A DNA stretch of 64,000 bases from Amoebidium appalachense (lineage: Eukaryota > Protista > Ichthyosporea), in the NCBI GenBank assembly GCA_963693365.1, contig CAVNZM010000001.1, positions 2,868,907 through 2,932,906 on the forward strand, read 5' to 3'. Position numbers and translations under genes: made by a program. This document shows positions 46,898 to 59,690 of the stretch, in pieces. Under the pieces are notes generated by a model, which searched no databases, had not been told where the DNA came from, and was given only the letters and a program-made list of their open reading frames with translations. Numbering within the stretch: position 1 is the first letter of the stretch; the number at the start of each line of letters is the position of its first letter.

Positions 46898-47176
46898 AGA
46901 CAACCCGCCCACCCGCCCACACAGACACACACCCAGCCACCCACCCAAACACACCCCTTCTTAGCCCCCACACCCGCCCACCCACCCCTCCCGCCACACA
47001 CATACCCCTTATGCCCACGCGCCCACCCAACAGCCCACCAAGCAACCCTCCACGCCCTCTCCCCGTCCCCCCTTTCTCCCTCCAACCCTCCCCAACCCCT
47101 CTAACCCACCCATTCACCCACGAATCCCCCCCTCCCCCCTATCCCTCTCCACCCATCCCAAACACACACACACACG

Positions 47177-47267
<91 letters not shown>

Positions 47268-47486
47268 GATTGCCGAACCTTCTCTCCACCTCGTCATACG
47301 TCATCTGGCCCTGCACCAGCAAGCGTATGCACAGGCACACGAGCACAGCACAGTCGCCAACCCCCCACAGGCGGTGCAGATTGGCAAACCCGTAGCCCAC
47401 CATCTTCTTCTTCTGGGTGTCTCCCTTGAGCACGGCATCGAGCTCGCTGTATTCACCCTGCTTGGCTAGCAGAGCCTCGAACCCCT

Positions 47487-47517
<31 letters not shown>

Positions 47518-48461
47518 GGGGGGGGAGAAGGGAGAATGTGTGTGTGTTTGTGGGTGAGTGTGTGTGTGTGTTGGGGGGGGGGGGGGGGGGGGGGGAGGGG
47601 GGGGGGGGAGAGGGGGGGGGGGGGGGGGAGGGGGTGATGTATGTGTTAGAGGGTTGGAAATGTGGAGGAGACAACAAAGAGCAACAACAAAACGTCACGA
47701 AAGTGGGAAATCCAAAATCAAACAATTTAAGCATGCAGGCAGAAGACACTTGAACAGAGCCCATCATCAGGGGGGTTCCCATGCCTCCACAAAAGCATGG
47801 GTTTCGGCTCTTTAACCCCTCACGGTCTTCCCAACCCATACTTTGTTTCAACAGCAATAGACGAGTCCACCCGTCCTGGCCAAAGACAAGTAGGGTTGTT
47901 CAAGGAGCGGCAATCTAAGAAAACAGAGTCTGAAAAGGGGGGAAAAAAAAAAAGAAAAAAAAAAGGCGGAGAAGTAGAGCATAAGCCGGGCTTCTACAAA
48001 GCTCCCCGACTCCCTAACCTATGGAGAAGGGGAGGGAGGGAGGGGCTCGGGGAGGGGGGGGGGGGGGGGGGGGGGAGGGGGGGGGGAGGGGAGGGGGTAG
48101 GGGGGGGGGGGGGGGGGGGGGGGGGAGGGGGTTGGATGTGTGTGTGTGTGTGTTGGGTGCGTGGGTGGGTGGGTGGGCATGTGTGTATGTGTGTGTGTTG
48201 GGGGGATGGGGGGGAGGGGGGCAGGGGGAGGGGGAGAACGTGTGTTGTGTGTGTGAATGTGTTTGTGTATGTGTGATGTGTGGTGCTGCGCAAGCGTGTT
48301 TGTGCCAGTGTGTGGAGTTAGGAGTGGAGCAAGAGGAATAAATGGCAATTCAGCTAACATTCTCCATGCTTGCGCAACATTAAGTTCACGTGTGACACAT
48401 CCAAGAACCCACCACCACCCCTCCCCCACCATCCTCCCTCCCTCTCCTCCCCCTTTCCCCC

Positions 48462-48492
<31 letters not shown>

Positions 48493-50552
48493 ACACGCAC
48501 ACACATGACTTTCTCTATCTTCCTCCTCCCATTGCCACAAACAACGGCTATAATAATTGAGACACAGCCCCATGCACCCCCCCAACCCCTCCTCCTCCCC
48601 CAGGAAAAAAAAAAAAACAAAAAAAAAACAGGGACACACACACATGGACACATCCCCCCTTCCCCTCTTCACCCCTCTTCACCCCTCCTCCCCCCCACAC
48701 ACACACACACCACCACTACCACCACCACCATACCTTCCCCCTCCCCCCTCCCCCCAATTAGACAAGAAAATTCCACTCCCCTCCTCCCTGCCACATCCCC
48801 CCCCCCCCCCCCCCCCCCCCCCAAAACCCCCCCCACACACACACACACACACACACCACTACGACCACCCAAAAAAAAAAACAAAAAAAAAACGGACCTG
48901 CTCTCCAATGTTTGCCTTCAGAGCAGCTTCCTTCTCATACAGAGAGCTCTTTCTTCCCGCACTACTCATTGCACCCGAGGATGCAACTGGAGCAGTTGAT
49001 GGTGCAGATGGGGCTGCACTGCCCCAGGCCGCAGCCTGCTGGCTGGGGGTGGTGGTGTGGGATGAGGCCCCTGTGCCCGGAGGGGCAAATGGGTCATTGC
49101 CAAAAATGGATTGGTTGCTGGGACGGTAGCCCCCAACCGGTGCAAACGGGTCGTCAGAACGTGCAGCCGGGTCTGCATCCTGCGGGACATGAGTAAGAAT
49201 GTGAGATAATTTGCTTGGAGCTACGATAATGGAGGTTGCATGACCTCTTATAGCCCTTTCCGGGTCATACATCACATACGGTTGCGAGCTTGCACACGGG
49301 TGTGCGCTAAATATGGCAAAAAGAAGCTGTAGATAAAAGAAAAGACTGGGGAAGTGAAAGGTGGAATGGAATGGAGGTCGGCCGGTCAGAAAAGATCATT
49401 TCAAAGAGAAGATTGAAGGAAAGGGAGGTAGGCACCTGCACTGACCAAACGGTATCAAATAAAACACACCGGGTGTGAAAAGGTTCACTAAATTCGAAAG
49501 CGGATACAAGTCCCTAAAGGACAAAAAGGTACACAAACCCCAGCCACACTAAGTGTCCGCAAATGCGTAAATTCTTGCTCAAACCTCCAATGTTCCGCCG
49601 GAATATCCCAAAAAAACCAACAAAAAAAAAAACCAACATCAACGTACCACCCACCTTCTTGCTCAACTCCAGTGCAACCTGCAGCTCCCTGTCCTCCTGG
49701 TCCTGCCTGTTCTGTCTCCTCACCCTCTCCTCCTCCTCCCTCTTGCTCAGTTCAAGCGCCATGCGCAGCTGCTCATCCTCACTCTTTGGCACCTGACGAC
49801 GGCTAGGGGGCGTAGGGGGGAGGGGCTCTCCGGCCTCCGATGCACGACGGCGTGCCTCTTCGTAGCCCTCATGAGCTGCAGGAGAACTGGAAAAGGAGGT
49901 TGAGAAATGTGAAACAAGAAATACTATTCATGCAGGTTGGGTTGGTGTGGTGGAGCAAGAAACACATCTAATGGTGGAGGTTGTGTTTCTGTGGTGAAAC
50001 AAGAAATGAGAATTATGATAGGAGTTAGGTTAGTGTGTGAAACAAGAAACACAATGGCAATGGTTGGGCTTGTATGGAGCTAATGAGGAACGAGGGGAAG
50101 GGAGCAGGACGGGAGGGAGGGGGGGGGGGGGGGGGGGGTATGGAGGGGGTGGTTTGAAAAATGGGAGAGTCTAGAGGCGATCAAAAGATGTCCTTTTACA
50201 AGCATGTGTGGCGTTTTATTTGCACTGAACGATAGATAATCGTCTGTTTTGCAGTGCAGGCATATTGTGTGCGAGCCTTGACGCGCACGAAACAAAGAAT
50301 GGATTTTATGACTTTGATTAACCAAAAGAAAAAATCAAGCAGGAAGCCAAGATGAAGCCAACAGAGACAAGCAGAAGCTCACCTCGACCAGTAGCTCTGG
50401 CCTGTTTGTGTGGACCCCGTGTCCGTGTTGCTCAGCGTGTCATTATAGGAATAGGAGGAATAGCCCGTGGCCCATGGGTCATGCTTGTCCTTGGATGACT
50501 TCTTGAGCCTGGGGTCCAACTTGTGCTCTATCTTTGAAGTGATTTTCTTCAT
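44206..50552 (-). CDS. Ubiquitin-binding (2x UIM, DPW/DPF motifs) protein with OTU-like domain and Met/Gln/Gly-rich tail
   Basis: Exons 50552-50383, ~49887-49655 ([16 protein letters not shown]; [15 protein letters not shown]), ~49179-48898 (DPF x2), ~47483-47266 (WGVGDC), 46328-46028 ([14 protein letters not shown]), 45197-44206 ([11 protein letters not shown]; (MGMQPN)n; stop). GT-AG boundaries in phase. Confidence 0.8.
45578..45725. repeat. ~81-bp direct tandem duplication in an intron
   Basis: TCGTTACAAATATGTGTGGCGGGCGGGGTTGAGTTGGG... at 45578 and 45659. Confidence 0.85.
46381..46458 (-). repeat. Family 2 repeat, 3' tail fragment
   Basis: Reverse complement is nearly identical to 24228-24305. 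Flanked by G runs. Confidence 0.75.
47634..47929 (-). mobile_element. ~300-bp dispersed repeat, family 1 copy b (best-paired hammerhead-like core)
   Basis: Matches 1654-1950. Core 47844-47756 reads AAAGUAUGGG-UU-GGG...AGAGCC-GAAA-CCCAUGCUUU...CCC-CUGAUGA-UG-GGCUCU. Confidence 0.8.
47756..47844 (-). ncRNA. Candidate non-circularly permuted hammerhead ribozyme
   Basis: All conserved core nucleotides present. Stem II 6 bp, stem III 10 bp, stem I 3 bp. Predicted cleavage 47833/47832. Activity untested. Confidence 0.55.
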
Positions 50553-51198
50553 GTTGCCCAAACAGAAATCAGCATGAAGGGATGTGGGCCTTCAATCAAC
50601 GTGTTTTTTATTGGGCATTTAGAGACGGAGTCCAGTAACAGAGGAAGAGGGAATATTGGTGCGACGTAGGAAGAAATATTACTAGATGCCCAGCAATTGC
50701 CGATGAGACTGGCTCCAAAACTCGTCGGCCTTAGACCCAAAACTGACCCGCACCCTTCTCTTCCGGCAAGTTGCAGCTTCTCAGCGCGCACTGGGACAAA
50801 AAACAACGCCAAGCCTCATTTCAATACTGATATCAATAACGAATAGATATAGAGGAACGTTAACTATTTTTAGTACATATCTCTATAAAACGCATCTAAC
50901 TTTTTTGATTGGGTAAGCCTCATGCGCTGCTTTTGCGTCTAATAAAATTGAACCCCAAATTTAGAAAAAGCAGGCAAGTACCTATTGACTGATTTCCACC
51001 AATCGAAATCTGCTTTCCTCCCATGCTCGAGTATATAAATCCAAACTGCTCCGCTCTCAGTTGTCAGTGGCACATGTACAGTGTACACCACAGGGTTTTT
51101 TCATTCAATTTTGGTGTTGCTTTTGTGTTACGTTTACTTTGCTCATTTTGCAGATCAAAGCTCATTTCTAACTATCACCTAGAAGATAATACGGCATT

Positions 51199-52483
51199 AT
51201 GGGGCGATCTTCGCGTGACAAGCGAGATATTTACTACCGCCTAGCGAAGGAGGAGGGCTGGCGTGCTCGCAGTGCGTTCAAACTGCTGCAGATAAACGAA
51301 GAGTACAACATATTCGAAGGTACTGTCAGATGCTCACGCACATGGACTTGTGGAAAGTGCACGCACATGCATACGCGAACGCACACTTCCTTCACACAAT
51401 CGCCTTTCTACTTCGTCCTCACGTGCTTTCTACTCACTTGCGCACGCGCGCACATACGCACAAACACTATCTCTCGCTCTCTCCCTCCCGCTCTTCTCCC
51501 TCCCTTCCTTGCCCCCCGCTTCCCACTCTCCACTTTCTCCGTCCCTAACTTGTTTCTCTGTCGCACGTCCTAATCTCCGCTTTTCGGCGCCTTTTCTCCC
51601 GTTGCCTTGCCCTCTCCCTCCCATCCTTCCAAATCTTTTACACACTTCTCCCTGCCCTTCCCCTCCCCCCCCCCCCCCCCTTCCTCCCCACCCTCCTCCC
51701 AAACCCCCCCCCCCCGCTCTCCCTGCGGGGGTCCAGGCGCACGAGAGTAGTGGCGTACACAACCTCTCACGACACAAACCGAATAACATCCCCTTCTGCT
51801 TTTATCCCTCCCCCTTCCCCCCCACTCCAGACTCCTTTGGTTTAGGATCTACCCTGTTTTGTCCCGAGTCTGTTTCTTGCTCACGTCAGCCACCTGTCAC
51901 TTCTGTTATGTCACCTTGGTGTCCTGTCTTCTACCCTACCTCACTGTGTGCCTGTTTTTGGAACTCTATGCTGAGCCTGCTTTTGAATAGGGAGGGAGGG
52001 AAGGAAGGCCTTTGTGTGTGTGTTTGTGTGTGTTTGTGTGTGTGTTTGGGTGGGGGGGGGGGGGGGGGGGGAGGTAGGGGCCGTAATTAGTGCCAGTTCA
52101 CGTGCATATGTGGAAGCCACCCATGCTCGCATGGTGTTGTACTTGTGTGTCTTGTACCTGTGTGTGCTTTACCTCAACCGCTACCTGCACAGAACATGCA
52201 ACCATTCGTCTCTCCTGTGCCGGTATTCCATTCACTCACCGTCTTTTTCAGGGGTTACCCGTGCCGTAGACCTGTGTGCCGCACCGGGGAGCTGGAGCCA
52301 AGTTTTATGCAGAGAGCTGAGGTGACTAATTATTCCCGCCCCCCGTACATTCGGAAATTTTGTGTACACCCACATACATACATCCGAGCGCAGACACACA
52401 CACACGCACGTGCCCAATTAACACACAAACACAAGCCCCTCCGCACGCACGCGCGCGCGCACACACACATGCACAAACACGCA

Positions 52484-52524
<41 letters not shown>

Positions 52525-53040
52525 GGACACGGGCACGGACACAGACATTCATGCACACGTATGTACCACCCCACACGCAGGTGTCTGGGGAAGTCGAATG
52601 GTAACAACAGCATCATTTTAGCCCCCCCCCCCCCCCCCCCCCCGCCTCCAAAAAGAAAAAATGAAAGAAGGAAGGAAGGAAAGAAAGACACAAATAAACA
52701 AACAGCCAAACAAACACTTACCTGCACACTTCGTCCTTCCCTTGCTTTCTAGCTCGGGCTCTCCGCCGGTCTTTTGTCATTTTGATTTCAACACCCGTCC
52801 TTTCACCCCCCCCCCCCCCCCCCCCCCCCAAAGCTTCCCTTCCCATTCCCCCCCCCCCCCCCAAGCTTCCCTTCCCATCCCCCCCCCCCCCCCCCCCCCC
52901 ACCCACCCACCCAAACAAACCCCCAGCACATTCACTATTCTTTTTGCCTCTAACTCCTTTAAGTAGGAACCTTTCTGTGGGGAATACTGAGATATTTGGA
53001 CACATTCATGAAAAAGAGTCCGTCGAGAGGGATAAGGGCC

Positions 53041-53074
<34 letters not shown>

Positions 53075-53677
53075 GGAGGGGGGCTAGCTAAAACACACGT
53101 CACAACTTTATTTTTTTCGTGCATGTGTGTGTGGGTGCAAATCTCTTGTGAGCTCTATCTAACGTTAGGCTCTGTCTGGCCTCAGACCGCTTGAAAACCC
53201 AGAGGTGAAGATTGTAGCTGTGGATCTGCAAGCAATGGCACCCATCCCAGGTAGAGCCACCATTTTCATCACCACCATATCAACAAGAAGAAATACGGAC
53301 ACACATGATACACGCACACACATGCATGCACCTACAAAGCACACACAGTAACCCCACAAACATGCTCATGCATTTTGGCACAGTTGTAACACGTGTGTAC
53401 ATACACACACATGCAAGGGCGCATGGCGCTGCCAAGGACAGGTGTGTCAGCAGGTAGAGGCACACATTAGACTAGAATTTTCCACGTATGCATGGGGACA
53501 CTTTCATCCGCACACAGCACACGGGGGATCTGATGCTCCCGTTGCAAGCCTTGCAATTGAAGATGGGCTTGGCTTAATGTATACTATTTGTGAGCACCCT
53601 GTCGGTAAAGTTGCAGTGTGTTGCCCGTTCAAAATGGTCACTCTTTTTTAAAAAATGGATCCTAATTCCTAGCCCAC

Positions 53678-53731
<54 letters not shown>

Positions 53732-55016
53732 AAAAAAAAGGGGGGGGGGGGCACACTGTGTTCCTTGGTCTCATTCTGACGAAGTCAGGAAGAAAATAAA
53801 GATGGGGAAAGACACGGAGAAATTGCTTGCTTATTTGCCTGCTGAGTCCAATCCTGTGCCTGCTAATTGCTGTGCACATCCGTGCCACCTCAGATGGCCA
53901 TGGTTCACACCCGCCACATAAGAACACCTTTTAGTGTTAAAATTTTCTAATGCTTAATATTTTAACATTTTAATGTTATATTAGGAGTGATCCAGCTCCA
54001 GGGCGACATCACCAAGGAGTCCACGGCCAAGGCCATTATCGGCCACTTTGAGGGTCTGCTGGCTGACACGGTCGTATGTGATGGTGCCCCAGATGGTACG
54101 CACTGCACATGGTTTTGATTGGTTTCGAGAAAGTACTTGACGTGATTTGGAACCAACCAGTGGGAATTTAGTTCTATTGATTCTTATTTTATTGGTTTTG
54201 GAGACCAACCATTTTGATTCTTGTTCTATTGATGTGTAGTATTATTGGTTTCGAGGCACAGCGTAGAACCCACCGGTGGGGATCATGGTCTATTCGTACT
54301 TGAGCTGGAAATGTTCTTCGGTGCGGTTGTGGTAGTCTTCTGGTTGCCTTTTCCCTCTCATGCATACTGTCGACAGATGTGCAGTGTTCATGGCATGCAC
54401 TTATGGTTGACAGGGAAGGGCGGGGGGAGAGGGGAGGGAGGGGAGAAGGATTCGATGCATTGTAATTGCATTTCTTCTTCTTGCATTTTACTCCATTCGC
54501 GTTTATTGTCTTCGCCAACTCCATATTTACACCCTCCCTTTCCCCCCTGTCCTTTGCAGTGACTGGGCTGCACGATATCGATGAGTACATTCAGGCTCAA
54601 CTGCTGCTGGCTGTATGTAACCTGCCCCCCCCCCCCCCCCCCCCCCCCCCCACCCCAGGTTGTTCTCCCCCCTCGCACAAATCACATGCATGCATGCGTG
54701 CACTTGCAATCGCAAATGTAAGTGATCATACGGGACACATGTACAGATATAGATGGATAGCCCGTGGTCGGCTTCTGTCAAGTTACCTTTCACCTTTTTG
54801 TCGGATGGACACACGGGCACACATACACAGAGACATAAACAGACATGCGCACGCACACATGCGCATACACACTCTCACACACACACTCACTCACTTACTC
54901 GCTCGCTCACACTTGTGTAATCTTGCATAAAAGGCAGATACACAGATGTGAAACAGATGTTTGTTAAGTTGTGGATAGTGTAATTGTGTGAGTAAGAACG
55001 GTAAAGTAAGAACCCC

Positions 55017-55056
<40 letters not shown>

Positions 55057-55445
55057 CTGGTGGTTAGGCTTATGGCCATACGCTTCTATTATCTGCTGCA
55101 ACAATGGATCATGGCAATTTTGACAATCTTCTCAAATGGCACACCAAATAAAAAGCTACGGGGTAGACATTGGAGTAGGACAACCACATTCACAGTAAAC
55201 TGCCCAAAAAGGAAGAAGAAGAAAAATCCTAGCCCTGTACTGAATTCGGCTTCCTCGCTCAGGCCCTCAACATCACCACACACGTGCTCCGGCCAGGGGG
55301 CAGTTTTGTAGCCAAAATATTCCGAGGCAAAGACATCACCCTGCTCTACTCACAGCTCAAAGTGTTCTTTACGCATGTGGCATGCTGCAAGCCAAGGAGC
55401 AGCAGAAACAGCAGCATTGGTGAGTGGCCCTTATCAGGCTATGGG

Positions 55446-55484
<39 letters not shown>

Positions 55485-55816
55485 AGGGGAGAATCGGGGA
55501 GTGGAAGGGGAGGGGGGGGGGGGGGGGGGTGAAGGTCCTCGTATTTACACTCCGCAGTCTCTGTGAAGAAAGATACTCTTGTCTGGAATGTGGGCCCGGG
55601 AGAGGGGGGGGGGGGGGGGGGGGGTGTATAAATTGCGAAATTGAAATAGCCTCAAGCACGAATATATAAACACATAGCAAAAAAAAGGTACGCTGGGTAC
55701 GATGTTGTGCTGCTTTTACGTGGAATATAAGACGTGTGGAAGCAGCCACTGCACACTCATATACAATACGTACACAAGCACGGAACGTGCCCAAGAAGAA
55801 CAAAACACGTGTGTGC

Positions 55817-55873
<57 letters not shown>

Positions 55874-56142
55874 ACATTACTTAGCTGACAACATCCGTGT
55901 CCCACAGAGGCCTTCATAGTGTGCCAGGGCTATTGCCCCCCCGAAGGCTACGTTCCCACCATGGCTAATCCCCTTCTCGACAATCAATATGGTAAAAAAA
56001 AACCCCCCTTCCAAGATGGTTTGAAGACCCCCCCCCTCCCCCAACTCCTTCCCTGCACCTCTCGCCATTTGCACTGCTAAGCTGGCCCTTAATCAGACGC
56101 CTCCCCCCTCCCCTTCTCCCCCCCCCCCCCCCCCCCCCCTTT

Positions 56143-56178
<36 letters not shown>

Positions 56179-56751
56179 CACGGACTTTTCAGGCCTTTCT
56201 GTTCTTTTGGAGATTTAATTCTCAGGTGTTCTAATTTTACCCTCCTCGCCGAGTAGCTGTATTACCGTTTGGGGCAGCCCTTCTCGGTATCTCTGATGTT
56301 CTCACCAGATTTGCATACGCGCGAGTTAAGACCGATTTTTGTTTATGTCGTGGGCATTCGAAGTAATGTTTCACTGGTTAGAATTCTTGAGAAACCCAAT
56401 ATAGATGCAAAAGTAGGAGATCATTTTGAACGCTAAGGACTTTCCGTCTTAGCATAATCCCCATAGATTTGTTTCTAACAAAGGGTGGGTCCGCACAGAC
56501 ATGGACTTCAACACTCTGACGGGGCCCAACCGGTACATTGTGCCGTTTTTGGCCTGCGGAGACTTGAGTGCATATGACTCGGACATGACCTACGATCTTG
56601 AGGTGTGTTTATCCTTACCCCCCCCCCCCCCCCCCCCCTCCCCCCCTCCCCCTCCTCCTCCTCCTCCCTCCCTCCCTCCCCTCCCCCCCCCCCCCCCCCC
56701 TCGAATTTAGCGATTCTAAAAACAGGCACTGCACGAGTCAACCGAGGGGAA

Positions 56752-56789
<38 letters not shown>

Positions 56790-57138
56790 GGTATCACTGC
56801 TAGATGAAGCACAAGGTATGTGTAATGTGTGCCCAAGTGTGAGAGGGGTGTCTGCGACTTCGGATGCAATTACTTTTTTTTTTGTTCTGTCTGTGTTTGG
56901 GATATGGACATGTGCCTGTGTGGGGATGTAGAGTGTGTGTCCGTGTGTAAGAGGTAGTGTGTGTGCTGTATGTAGGATGTAGTGGGTGCTCCCGTGTATA
57001 GGATGCAATGTGTGTGCCTGTATGTATCCTATAATCTGGGTGGTTGCCTGTGTATAGATTTAGCCTGTTGTCTGTACACCACTCCAAGGGGCTACCAGAA
57101 GACCCAACCCTCCCGTGAGCTTGCCCACCCCACTCATG

Positions 57139-57173
<35 letters not shown>

Positions 57174-57337
57174 ACACCTACGTGCCCAGACCACCCACAC
57201 AGGCGCCCATCAACCCTCCATACAAGACAGCCATTGAGATGAAACGGCAGGCCCAGGCAGGGGGGGCACATAGCCAGTCAGAGGATTCACCAAACACGCT
57301 AGCTGGCGATATACAAAACCTCACTATTGCAAATTAG
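51199..57337 (+). CDS. TRM7: tRNA (cytidine32/guanosine34-2'-O)-methyltransferase TRM7/FTSJ1
   Basis: [31 protein letters not shown]; [14 protein letters not shown]; [14 protein letters not shown]; VIQLQGDIT; [26 protein letters not shown]; FVAKIFRG; [13 protein letters not shown]; [16 protein letters not shown]; PINPPY. Nine exons, stop 57335-57337. Confidence 0.97.
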
Positions 57338-57504
57338 CTGTTTAGTTTCTTGGATTTCTAGCTAGTAGGAGAGGACGATTTTGGTGCATGTTTTGGATGG
57401 TTGCACCGGACGTAGCAGTGTATGATTCGTTTTAGGCGTCTGGTTTCTGCACCGCAAGGCTGATATGGGTGCCTGTTCACTGCATGTAAAAATGCCCCCC
57501 CCCC

Positions 57505-57535
<31 letters not shown>

Positions 57536-57549
57536 ACACACACCAACCC

Positions 57550-57580
<31 letters not shown>

Positions 57581-58170
57581 ACACACACACCCCCCCCCCC
57601 CCCCCCCCCCCCCCCAACACACACACACACACACACACACACACCCGCCTGCCCGCCCGCCCGCTCTGCCCCCTCTCGGTGTAGCCCGTAATTGTAATAC
57701 TGAAGCGTCATGGAGTGTTTTTGAATCATCGGATGTGTGTATGTGTGTGCGTGCGTGCGTGCGTGCATGGGCGTGCTCGCATATGTGCACATGTGTGTGT
57801 CTGTGTCTGTGTGTGTGTTTTGGGGGGGGGAGGGGGGGGTTGAGCCAGATGGCAATGCGCATGCAGTAAAATCACGATGTAAGAGTTAATGGTCATTTGG
57901 CTGCACTTCTCATTGAGATGATCGAATGACGTATGAATGAATGCCAACGAAAACCTTAATAAACATAAATAGATTAACTGATCCATTCACACTTAACCAT
58001 TATTAGTGGAAAACATGGTCCCCCCCCCCTCCCCCCTCCTCTGCTTACTGTGCAACTTGTTAATCCCCGGAATTTCAACTGCCCTTGCCTGTTGCGTGCT
58101 CACGTAAGTAACCCTGCTCATCTCTGATCAGACGGTTGACCCACCCATGTACGTTCAAGTGAATCAGTTT

Positions 58171-58256
58171 CAGTATCTGAGTTGGGTTTGTGGCGAGGTG
58201 AATGGGTCGAAACTCGGGTACTGTGGATCACGTGGGGCCCCCCTGAGGATGGGCTC
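58171..58256 (+). ncRNA. Candidate non-circularly permuted hammerhead ribozyme
   Basis: Stem III 11 bp (58171-58181 with 58213-58223), GAAA 58209-58212, CUGAGGA 58243-58249. Predicted cleavage 58183/58184. Activity untested. Confidence 0.55.
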
Positions 58257-58301
58257 TGCTTTTATGCTAATGTGTACTTCGTACTTTATGACACATTCAA
58301 A
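58171..58301 (+). mobile_element. Short dispersed repeat, family 2 copy b (hammerhead-like core + tail)
   Basis: CAGUAUCUGAG-UU-GGG...GGGUC-GAAA-CUCGGGUACUG...CCC-CUGAGGA-UG-GGCUC. The tail ends TTCAAA + poly(C). Confidence 0.8.
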
Positions 58302-59119
58302 CCCCCGCCCCCCCCCCCCCCCCCCCCCCCCCCTCCCCCCGGTGTTCGAAAAGGTACGACCTTGATTTCGACTTTGAAGATGTCATCACAAGGTGTACAT
58401 GTGCGTACATGGTCAGGTGTATGTCTCTATACGTCAACATGAATTTATTGTTTTACTTTGTTGGTCTTTCGGCCCTTGCCATCCATCGATCAATACAGTT
58501 CCTTCAAACTTTAGAAAGTTCTTTAAATAGATGATCGTAAATCATCGGCAAGGTGGCTTAAAGGATCACTAGTATACAGTCTACTATACAAAGTGAAAAT
58601 GTACACACTTAAGTGACACATTTACATCTGCCGACTCGGAATTTACACGCGTACACATGTACTTGATCAAAATCAGGTAGTATTAAAGTTTTTAATCAAT
58701 ACTTAACCTTCGATGCTTTTGTCCATGTCATGTAATTTTTTACACAGGGGATAAAGTTCTGTGGATGGTACAAGAATTTCAAAGAGAAAAAAAGCGTCAA
58801 CTCAATCGGATATATCATCTTTCGTTTCAAGAACAAAAAGCGCCAACATTGGCCTGTACGTATACGGATCTACTCGCACAGGATTCCAAAAATTAAATGA
58901 TTTTTATCAAAAAAGATCCCCCGTAGCAATAAATCTAACAGGGTGGTGCTCACAAGACCACATGCATGCTGGGGGGGATATGGTAAACGGGTGCAAGTGT
59001 CACATATAGTTGTTCAATGATATATCAGCACTCAGGTTTTAGCGGTTTTGTAAATTTGTACGGCGTCGAATTCGGATTTCCCTAACGCGGTAGTAGTAGG
59101 TTTCCTCGGCGGGGTGTCT

Positions 59120-59592
59120 TTAAGGCTGAGGCTCGACGGTAGATGTCACACGGCTGCCACTGTTAAAAGCATCGAGGGAGGGCATGCCTGTTTTGGACAG
59201 CCGCCTGTTGTTGGTGGGATGATTAGTAATTGGGTTCAGTGCAGGAAGTACTTTGTGCAGTCAACTGAATTCGTGCATCCTTAGAAGATCATAAATTCAA
59301 TTAAGTTCGTGTGTTCTCTTGAATTCATGTATTCTTGTATATTCGTGTATTCTTCTAAGTTAGTGTATTCTTTGGAATTCATATTTTCTTTTTAGTTCGT
59401 ATGTTTTCCTTGAATTCCGGGTACTCTTACGGTTCGTGTATTCTCTTACTTTGATGGGTTTGATATGTTTATGCATGCTTTAGGTTCATGTCTTCAAGCC
59501 TTCAAGTGTTCATGCATTCTAAGTTTTATACATGTTTATGTATTCTCATAGCCCTTATTAGGCTCCGGCAGCCATTCGTGGCTACTACAAGG

Positions 59593-59634
<42 letters not shown>

Positions 59635-59658
59635 TTCCTCCTGGCAAAAAGAAAAAAG

Positions 59659-59690
<32 letters not shown>

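Noticed and set aside
58184-58215. tRNA-derived SINE (TGGCGAGGTG A-box-like, GGTCGAAAC B-box-like)
   Set aside because: Box spacing is too short, the A-box is not conserved in other copies, and there is no cloverleaf. The hammerhead model explains the conserved GAAA and pairing better.
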